From a virus (Duplodnaviria > Caudoviricetes), in IMG/VR virus record IMGVR_UViG_3300021511_000006, positions 1 to 64,000 of that record: DNA of 64,000 nucleotides; one strand, 5' to 3'. The notes under the pieces were generated by a model, which saw only the letters and a program-made list of their open reading frames with translations, was not told the DNA's origin and did no database searches. The translations under genes were made by a program, and so were the position numbers. Of the stretch, positions 56,822 to 64,000 are shown piece by piece. The first letter of the stretch is position 1; each line of letters begins with the position of its first letter.

Positions 56822-58370
56822 TACTTCTCTCCCTTGAAAATACTCGTCTAAACATGTTTTTTAATGACGCGTTAGGTTTCTCAGGAATTGGAGTGTAACT
56901 GGATCCTGGTTCTTTTATTTTTTCAATAGTTTCTTCCTTGGCTGCTAAGTCTAGTGCAGCAATATTAGCTTCTTCTTTTTCGGAATCTAGAAATGTTCCT
57001 GCATCTTTTTCAAGTTGTTCTTCTAATAATTCTTTTGAAGAAACTTCTGGTATAAATTCGCTATAGCAAAAAGGGCATATTGCGTCTTCTTGAACTGCAC
57101 GAAAGCTGCTATTACATGATGGACATACTACGTATTCAGATTTAGGTTGATCTTTTTCAAATAAGTGATCAAATTCATCAGATGGAGCATAACTGTTAAG
57201 TAGAGTATCATCATCCACAAGAATTAGGTGTTCATCAGTTAAACAATTAGAACATATGGTTGTACCTTCAAGACCTTCTTCTTTAACCAATTCACCACAT
57301 TGATTACATTGGTATATATCCTCTGTGAAGTCTTCCTTCTCTATCTCATTTGTTAGTTTACACTCTCTATGAACACATGTTGCGCAAGGAACAAAGTCAC
57401 CCTCTGGCGTATGTGGAGGAAATTTAAGAGGTGATTTATTACCAGGCCCAACATTTAATGGAGATACTCGTGTACCAGTTACATGACGTACGATACCTGT
57501 TCGTTTCCAGGCATCTGAGTTATAATGTTGTCCCCAACCAGCATATCCTCGGGAACCATAACCATAACCATATTGATGTCCCCAACTCTTATATGTGTAA
57601 ACTCCTTTGCTTACCATCTTCATCCATTTTTTGTTAAAGACTCGATCACTTGGAGATACATTCACATCATAGCGCCTATCAAACTTTCGATAGCTATAAA
57701 ATTTTGGTGTTGCTGTTGCGTCTTCAACTAGTTTGCCATCTTGTACTTTATAGATTGTTCTTACAGCTTTATTATCGACTTCATTTGTTTCTGCCATAAG
57801 AATTAATTTGTCAATATATTCATCTGGATCAACCATAACTCTATGGCCATTTGCTACAATTGATGAAGAGATGCTTGGATACTCTTCATCAAGATCGCCC
57901 AATGTAATATGAAGACCGTCAAAGTGCTCTTCATCATCATCATCAACACCAGAATGAAATGCTGACATATTCCCATGACTATGAATAGTACCGATCATTG
58001 TCATTCCTTCAATAGTAATTCCTTTATCGTAGTCACAGGATGCACCTGCAACTTTTTGTACCGGCGGAATGATTTTATATTTTCCTGTTTCTTCATTATA
58101 AAACAGGAGCACAATAGATTCTGATCTATATTCTTCATATACTGCTTTAAAAAATCCCATGACTTTAGCAATCCATTTACCAGGAATTTTAGTAATATGC
58201 ATTTTAGCCATAGTAGTAACACTATTTAGAATAGAGATATTTTTAACGGGCGCAAGACTTTCCATGACCCCAAGTTTTTTCTTTAGATACACACCTTCTT
58301 TTGCAATAATATAAAATACATCATCCTTAGGCATTTCATTTTGACCATCATTTAGGATTACTTTGAACAT
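56814..58370 (-). CDS. JAB/MPN+ metalloprotease with C-terminal zinc fingers
   Basis: E...GTIHSHGNMSAFHSGVD JAMM motif; several CxxC pairs in the C-terminal half. Confidence 0.88.
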   Translation of the reverse strand: MFKVILNDGQNEMPKDDVFYIIAKEGVYLKKKLGVMESLAPVKNISILNSVTTMAKMHITKIPGKWIAKVMGFFKAVYEEYRSESIVLLFYNEETGKYKIIPPVQKVAGASCDYDKGITIEGMTMIGTIHSHGNMSAFHSGVDDDDEEHFDGLHITLGDLDEEYPSISSSIVANGHRVMVDPDEYIDKLILMAETNEVDNKAVRTIYKVQDGKLVEDATATPKFYSYRKFDRRYDVNVSPSDRVFNKKWMKMVSKGVYTYKSWGHQYGYGYGSRGYAGWGQHYNSDAWKRTGIVRHVTGTRVSPLNVGPGNKSPLKFPPHTPEGDFVPCATCVHRECKLTNEIEKEDFTEDIYQCNQCGELVKEEGLEGTTICSNCLTDEHLILVDDDTLLNSYAPSDEFDHLFEKDQPKSEYVVCPSCNSSFRAVQEDAICPFCYSEFIPEVSSKELLEEQLEKDAGTFLDSEKEEANIAALDLAAKEETIEKIKEPGSSYTPIPEKPNASLKNMFRRVFSRERSSD

Positions 58371-60933
58371 TTACTATACTCCTCTCTTCGTTTATAAGTC
58401 TTAATTCAGATGCTTCACATGTAAAGAAGTGACCATGTAAATTTGGCCACGCTCTAACTATACCCGCTTCATTTTGAATTTTTGGTCCAATTCTTGGATT
58501 CGGAATACAATCTAATATAGAATTAGCTGTAATATATCTATCTAAACTATAATAATCAGCATATGATGTAAAGTATGCAAAATCTAATACTTTAAGACCA
58601 CCTACTCCATTAGTAAAGACAAACCATCCCTTTCGATTACTATACTCATTAATACCTTGAATAATATCACCAGGTTGATACTTAATTTTTGATACATCAA
58701 TTGAAGCATGCTTTAATGATGGCCATCTTTTTGACTTAATTGTAGTTTTTTGGAATTTTGTTAATACGTCGCTGTACCATAAAGTACAACAATTTGAGCA
58801 CAGAACAAGGGGTTCTGGTCCTCCCGTATCAGTTATAAATCCAATAATAATATTTATATCTTTCTTTGGGAATTGTGAAATGCTGGCTTCTTTAGCTTTG
58901 ATCTTTGTTCCTGCAATCAATTTACCAAATTTATTTGTAATCTTTCTTATTCTACCAACATAAATGATTCCATTTGCTCCATCAACATATCTTTCTTGAT
59001 GTAGAGTCCCTTCTTTATCAGCTAATATGAAAAATATATCACCAATAGCTGAGTCGAATTTAAACCCTTGAATTACTTTGACTGACAACATATTAACTGG
59101 ATTATGCCAATCTGAAACAACTACTTTATCTCCTATAGTAAATTCAATATCCATATCAAAACTCTGGATACGAAATTTATCTTCCCCCAACATATATTTT
59201 TTTATTTCTGGAGGAATTGGTTTAATAAGTCTAGTTCTGTTTCCTTCAAATATAACGCCAGCAGGAGAACCAAACACACTATTATTTAATAATTTTGTCT
59301 CATTTATATCTTTTATAGCTAGCATTTTTCGACCCACTCTAAATACTGGTGGTAGAGGTTTAAGTTTATCAATTTCATATAGACTTTTAGCTCGTTTTGC
59401 TGCTGATGAGTTTAAGGTAAGATTATATGATCTTATACTTTGATTAACATGTTTCATTTCAATATGTAATTGATTTCTACTGGTAGAAATTTGATTAAAT
59501 TTAACAACGACACCATTTTGAAACGGAACGTTTGCAATAGTTGGTACATAGACATATCGTTTGTTCTTTTTCAACATAATATTTTCATATTTTGGTTTTG
59601 ACGTATCAAATATCTCTCCCTCAGTATTTTCCAAAATATAAAATCCATCTCCGAATCTACCTTCATGAAATCCATCTGCAGATTTACGAACAAAGGAAAC
59701 CCTTTTATATGTAATGCCCCCGATGGCATTTTTCATAATTAGAATATCACCTTCTTTAATCTTTACTCCATTTTTCAGAATTCCCGTTTCTTCAAATCTG
59801 AGTTTCTTTGTTTCTTTAAGGAGATATTTTGTAAACATTTTGGTTTTCTTAAATATAATAAGTCTTCCATCATCTCGTTCAACTCTTATATATTTTACAT
59901 CTCCACTATCCATGAAGCTAATAAGTGAATTAATATAACAAAGAGATTTACCATTTTTAATATAAAAAGGATCTCCAACATGAACATAAAAAGTTTCATT
60001 TAAATATACGCCCGATGCAACATCATAAAATAAACTAAATTTCTTTCTAGATCTTGGAGTAGGTTTTTCATCCTTGCCTGTACTTAAAGGTTGACTAAAC
60101 ATACTAGCAAGGCTGTGATATTGAACATCATTTTGTTTTGATATGCTATAAGTTCGTTTTACTTCTTCTATTGCTTGTCCTATATTCATAGGAATTTTAA
60201 CCCAATCAACATTATAAATAAACATTGGATTTAATTGTGACAATGCTTGCCACTCCATATAAGAATTAACCCCAGCAATTTTTGAATATGAGTTATAGTT
60301 ATACATAAAGTCAGTATTAAATTCAGATCCCCAAAAGACATTGATTGCTTTTTCTACTGTTGAATTTAATGATTGTGTCCGACCATCTGCTCTATCTCCA
60401 AAACAAATATACTGATTATCAGCTATATTTAGTAATGGTATTTTAAGCAAGTAATCAGCTAACCCCGAGAGTCTTGCAATCCTAAGATATGCTTGCCCAC
60501 CAGATATATCATAATAATCTGATATATATAGAAGAAATATAACATACGGAAATGCCAATGTAAATTGCCTTGGACCTCCCTTCTCAGCGAAGTTTTTCTT
60601 ATATTTGTATTCTTCTAATTTTCCTTCTGCTTTTAATTTATCAACTTCAGCATGAAAATGCATATTAATGCTGACAGTTCTAAATGCCGGAGGTTCTTCA
60701 ACAACAATAATATGACCTTTGTTTACTTTTTCCATATATCTACAATTTGGTGGAATAACTACTGGTGTTTCGCTACCAAATTCCAGACTTATACGTCTTA
60801 GATAGTCAGGTGTTAATAACACTTTTTTATTAATTTTTGGGGTTGATTCCCCCTTCATTGATTTATCATATTCAGAAGAATAAAGATGTGTATATTTCTG
60901 ATTAATTCGTATTTCATTTTGTAAATCGAGCAT
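58348..60933 (-). CDS. Prokaryotic E2-like (Prok-E2 family D-like) domain fused to a long C-terminal region
   Basis: LAFPYVIF...PLLNI...YICFG...FWGSEFNTD pattern with candidate catalytic Cys; adjacent to JAB, E1 and Ubl. Confidence 0.7.
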   Translation of the reverse strand: MLDLQNEIRINQKYTHLYSSEYDKSMKGESTPKINKKVLLTPDYLRRISLEFGSETPVVIPPNCRYMEKVNKGHIIVVEEPPAFRTVSINMHFHAEVDKLKAEGKLEEYKYKKNFAEKGGPRQFTLAFPYVIFLLYISDYYDISGGQAYLRIARLSGLADYLLKIPLLNIADNQYICFGDRADGRTQSLNSTVEKAINVFWGSEFNTDFMYNYNSYSKIAGVNSYMEWQALSQLNPMFIYNVDWVKIPMNIGQAIEEVKRTYSISKQNDVQYHSLASMFSQPLSTGKDEKPTPRSRKKFSLFYDVASGVYLNETFYVHVGDPFYIKNGKSLCYINSLISFMDSGDVKYIRVERDDGRLIIFKKTKMFTKYLLKETKKLRFEETGILKNGVKIKEGDILIMKNAIGGITYKRVSFVRKSADGFHEGRFGDGFYILENTEGEIFDTSKPKYENIMLKKNKRYVYVPTIANVPFQNGVVVKFNQISTSRNQLHIEMKHVNQSIRSYNLTLNSSAAKRAKSLYEIDKLKPLPPVFRVGRKMLAIKDINETKLLNNSVFGSPAGVIFEGNRTRLIKPIPPEIKKYMLGEDKFRIQSFDMDIEFTIGDKVVVSDWHNPVNMLSVKVIQGFKFDSAIGDIFFILADKEGTLHQERYVDGANGIIYVGRIRKITNKFGKLIAGTKIKAKEASISQFPKKDINIIIGFITDTGGPEPLVLCSNCCTLWYSDVLTKFQKTTIKSKRWPSLKHASIDVSKIKYQPGDIIQGINEYSNRKGWFVFTNGVGGLKVLDFAYFTSYADYYSLDRYITANSILDCIPNPRIGPKIQNEAGIVRAWPNLHGHFFTCEASELRLINEERSIVNVQSNPK

Positions 60934-61311
60934 TTATTCACCCCTTAAAAATTTATACTGTTTAGCATATCCAGTTAGTATTTGCTCTGGTCTATGATCA
61001 TTAATTTCCCAAACTCTTTGCCTCTTTATTGATGGACTCTCTGGATTCTTTTGCAGTTCTTTTTCACTTGTTATAAATAGAACTGCTAGATATACATCTT
61101 CACTTTCACGTTCTAATGATAAGAATGAAATTTCTCCTTGAGTCCGACCTGGTACTTCCAGTGTAATAAATATATTTGGTCCTTTTGGAAGTATTGTTAT
61201 ATGCTCAATGTTGCCCGTTTCTTGCTCAAATATTTGATCGCATAATATTCTGATTTTTTCAAGTACATCATCACTTTTGATTTCTGCAAGAAGTTTCTTT
61301 AAGATACCCAC
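60934..61311 (-). CDS. Hypothetical protein
   Basis: 125 aa; GTG start with AAAGGAG Shine-Dalgarno. Confidence 0.6.
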   Translation of the reverse strand: MGILKKLLAEIKSDDVLEKIRILCDQIFEQETGNIEHITILPKGPNIFITLEVPGRTQGEISFLSLERESEDVYLAVLFITSEKELQKNPESPSIKRQRVWEINDHRPEQILTGYAKQYKFLRGE

Positions 61312-61325
61312 TTATAAGTTCTCCT

Positions 61326-61652
61326 TTACGGTTGTTTCTTTGTATAATATCTTCTCTCTTTAGTATCCATCCATTCAATCCGATCAAATGGAACTGACCT
61401 CCAACCTTTCATATTCAGATCATAAACATGCATAATTTTATTTTTCTGAATAAGTTTCAGGATTTTTTCAATGTTTACAGATTTTGGATGGTCTCTTTTT
61501 GGAATTTGTTTAAAATCCAAAGTACACTTCATGATACGATTCGAACCATCTTTCTTTGTAAATCTTATAATTACTTGCTTCTCATCATATACTTTTTTCC
61601 AGAACTGTATGGCACTTACAATTATATTAGTATCTAATTCTTTTTCTGCCAT
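61326..61652 (-). CDS. WYL_2 (DUF2693)-like SH3-fold protein
   Basis: FTKKDG...MKCTL...VYDL...GWRS. Confidence 0.75.
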   Translation of the reverse strand: MAEKELDTNIIVSAIQFWKKVYDEKQVIIRFTKKDGSNRIMKCTLDFKQIPKRDHPKSVNIEKILKLIQKNKIMHVYDLNMKGWRSVPFDRIEWMDTKERRYYTKKQP

Positions 61653-61655
61653 AGT

Positions 61656-62702
61656 TTAATCCTCCCGTTTATCTGAGTGAACTAGTGTGCCCACTTCCTT
61701 ATTTGTTCTATCAAAATATTGACTCATCATTAAGCATGAATGATTACAGAGGTCACAAAGACGCTTTTTATCTGTTCTTATTCCAGTTAATACATCACTG
61801 GACAAAAGTTGTGGATATGCTGAATCGAATAGATTTTTTATGGTGTTATATGGAGTTATTACTCCTTTAATTCTTAAACATAATCTTATTGTTCCATCAG
61901 AGTCAATTGTTAAGTTATGTATACCATCCTCAAGCTCGCAGTCAAAATTTGATGGTAATGTATCAAACATTCTTGGAATTAAAATATCTTTCATATGAAC
62001 TAACAATGAATGGTCGTGCATAATATCAAGCAACTGTCCTGCTAAACTTAATGTTGGTTGAACTAAAAGATTCTTATCCCTAATATTTGAAAAATCGTAA
62101 TAGATGTTTTTTGTAATATCTACAAATGTAATATCGCTATATATTTCTTCCTTACTTAAATTACAGATAAGTTGGTGTAAGAAATGTTGATTATGTTTCA
62201 TAACTGTTATTTCAGCTACAACATCTTTAACCAACCCTGCTGCTTGAAGTTCTTTTAATCTTTGTAATCCTTCAATACTTTTTCTGACTCGATCTTTGTT
62301 GAGTTCAGGCTCGTTAAAAATAGGATCAACAGAACTTGTAAAACCTTCTATATGACCTACTTTATTAAATAGTTTTATCAATGCAGGTTGAACTTCAGGT
62401 GTGTTATTACTGATTATTGTATAATATATTTCATTATCATTACAATAATTAATAATGTCTGCAAGGTCTGGTCTTAATAATGGCTCGCCTCCATAAAAGA
62501 TATTGAAGACATTTGGATTATGTATTTTTAATTTTCCTAATGTTTCAATAACAACTTCAGTTGGCATTTCGTTTTTGATATAATGTTTCATATCAGGATA
62601 GCAAGAAGGTTTATTTTCATAGTTTCGAACTATACCACAGTAATCACATTTCAAATTGCACTTCCTTGTGAGAAGCCAATTTACAATTCTAACTTGACTC
62701 AT
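61656..62702 (-). CDS. Radical SAM enzyme with Cys-rich (SPASM/twitch-like) C-terminus
   Basis: CNLKCDYC, GGEPLL, IISN, C...DSDGTIRLC and CDLCNHSC; start MSQVRIV after a GGAG Shine-Dalgarno. Confidence 0.9.
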   Translation of the reverse strand: MSQVRIVNWLLTRKCNLKCDYCGIVRNYENKPSCYPDMKHYIKNEMPTEVVIETLGKLKIHNPNVFNIFYGGEPLLRPDLADIINYCNDNEIYYTIISNNTPEVQPALIKLFNKVGHIEGFTSSVDPIFNEPELNKDRVRKSIEGLQRLKELQAAGLVKDVVAEITVMKHNQHFLHQLICNLSKEEIYSDITFVDITKNIYYDFSNIRDKNLLVQPTLSLAGQLLDIMHDHSLLVHMKDILIPRMFDTLPSNFDCELEDGIHNLTIDSDGTIRLCLRIKGVITPYNTIKNLFDSAYPQLLSSDVLTGIRTDKKRLCDLCNHSCLMMSQYFDRTNKEVGTLVHSDKRED

Positions 62703-62703
62703 A

Positions 62704-63084
62704 TTAATCTCCAGTTTCAAGTAATATCGTTCCGTCATATTCTTCTATAATATCACGAAATCTGTCTATTCGATAACAGTCATTTCTGTCTATTCTAGCA
62801 TAAGCGATAAACTTACCCCTATCTAATATCTCAGCAGCTTCTTTATAACATATTTTATCCATATTATAAAAATCGCTAGGAACTCCTCTTGCTTTTGCAA
62901 TCCAATCGTTTCTTCCTGCTTCGGTAAAATTGATAAGATTTTTTTTATTCTTGAAGAATCTAAAAGATTCATCATGATGGAATTCGAATTTCTTTTGTAT
63001 ATCTTTCCTCAATGTTTTGTTGCCTAGTTCAATAATGAACATTGTGGACGAGCTATTTGTTATAAAATCAAGATTTATTTTCAT
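62704..63084 (-). CDS. TNSSS-motif protein 2 (MKINLDFITNSSSTMF)
   Basis: N-terminal motif; immediately upstream of the radical SAM gene. Confidence 0.75.
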   Translation of the reverse strand: MKINLDFITNSSSTMFIIELGNKTLRKDIQKKFEFHHDESFRFFKNKKNLINFTEAGRNDWIAKARGVPSDFYNMDKICYKEAAEILDRGKFIAYARIDRNDCYRIDRFRDIIEEYDGTILLETGD

Positions 63085-63464
63085 TGATTTTCTACCTTCA
63101 CTACTAATTTTTTAAGCTCCCTTAAGCTTATTGGAGAAACTGTGGTTGCACCCTCTCCATCAACATCAATCGCTTTTAAAATTAAATCATCTTTTCTTAA
63201 GATATCAAATAAAATTAAAGAGTCCCACCCATACGGACCAAGCATAATTTCTTTTCCATCTTTAAGAAGTTTTCCCTCTTTAATTATCTCGTTTAATGTA
63301 CATTCAATTTCTTCATTACTTGGCTTTTCAACTTCTATATAATCTTTATATTCTTGTGAATGTCTAATTCTATTTATTTCGATATTATAGTCTTCTGGTA
63401 TAAAGATTATAAAAGCAGAAGATGAACTATTTGTTATAAAATCCATTTTAATTTTCATAATCAT
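63081..63464 (-). CDS. TNSSS-motif protein 3 (MKIKMDFITNSSSSAF)
   Basis: N-terminal motif; tandem with protein 2. Confidence 0.75.
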   Translation of the reverse strand: MIMKIKMDFITNSSSSAFIIFIPEDYNIEINRIRHSQEYKDYIEVEKPSNEEIECTLNEIIKEGKLLKDGKEIMLGPYGWDSLILFDILRKDDLILKAIDVDGEGATTVSPISLRELKKLVVKVENQ

Positions 63465-63467
63465 TCC

Positions 63468-63998
63468 TTAGTGCAAAGTCAATATTTCATCAGCTTCAAG
63501 TTGATCTTCGTGTCTATGAGAAATCAGATATATTGATTTTCCAAACTTCAGCTTAGATAAAACCTTTGATACATATCCAACATTCTCTTCATCTAAAGCA
63601 TCGAATATTTCATCGAATAATAAGATGTTTATTGATACGTCTTGAATGCTTGCTTGTAAATCACCAAGAGTTAAAATTGTAGCAATATCAATAATCCTTG
63701 TTTGGCCGCCTGATAATTGAATTCTTGAGTTTGCTCGAGTATGTGTATCAACAACATTAACTGAAATTTTATCTCTAAATTCTCCAGCTTTAGTTGCTGC
63801 TAATGTATCAAATGATACAATATATCGCCCGTTTGTAAGTTTGTCTAAGTAATAAGAAACCTTTTCATTCATAAATGGAATCGCTTCATCAATTAACATT
63901 GATGGAATTCCAGATGAAGAAAATGCCATTTTCCAAAAATCTAATATTGTTTGTCTTCTCTTAAGAACTTGTAAATCTATATCAGCTTTTTCAATTTG
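63468..63998 (-). CDS. SbcC/Rad50/T4 gp46-like SMC ATPase, C-terminal part (truncated by the window edge)
   Basis: LSGGQ signature, LLFDE Walker B, D-loop ALD, ISH; frame stays open to the window end. Confidence 0.9.
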   Translation of the reverse strand, partial: QIEKADIDLQVLKRRQTILDFWKMAFSSSGIPSMLIDEAIPFMNEKVSYYLDKLTNGRYIVSFDTLAATKAGEFRDKISVNVVDTHTRANSRIQLSGGQTRIIDIATILTLGDLQASIQDVSINILLFDEIFDALDEENVGYVSKVLSKLKFGKSIYLISHRHEDQLEADEILTLH

Positions 63999-64000
63999 AA

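Noticed and set aside
21618-62702. Either radical SAM as QueE partnering FolE2
   Set aside because: Both are over 330 aa with SPASM/twitch-like Cys-rich tails, unlike the short QueE; no QueC or QueD seen
1-64000. Alternative genetic code (TAG/TGA reassignment) as in some large phages
   Set aside because: Conserved genes (RNAP, terminase, sheath) are full length under the standard code, and TAG/TGA occur as genuine stops next to downstream starts

Overview
AT-rich 64 kb segment of a large (jumbo-type) contractile-tailed dsDNA phage, read in the standard genetic code; no tRNA, rRNA or CRISPR array was seen. The + strand block (1-32910) is mostly virion genes: Gly-Ser/Thr triplet-repeat fibres, a putative lysis cassette, baseplate wedge subunits, tail sheath and tube, and T4 gp25/gp26/gp6-like proteins. 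It is interrupted by three related HNH endonucleases and two short minus-strand accessory operons (type IV pilin plus two small proteins; radical SAM plus an F(V/I)TNSSS protein plus CreA). The minus-strand block (32907-64000) carries tube-cap, tape-measure-like, terminase and hub-like genes, then a long gene run: SbcC/gp46-like ATPase, two more TNSSS proteins, a second radical SAM, WYL_2, a ubiquitin-like conjugation cassette (E2-like fusion, JAB protease, E1, Ubl ending GKKG-C, second E1-like, second E2-like with HPN...C), compact RNA polymerase beta-prime and beta genes, FolE2 and nucleic-acid enzymes. The best candidates for a new system are the dual E1/E2 ubiquitin-like cassette next to the phage RNA polymerase and the repeated radical SAM + TNSSS pairing. 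Two recurring promoter-like motifs in back-to-back arrangement, a probable +1 frameshift and several structured intergenic elements were also found. All family assignments come from motifs recognised by eye; no database searches were run.
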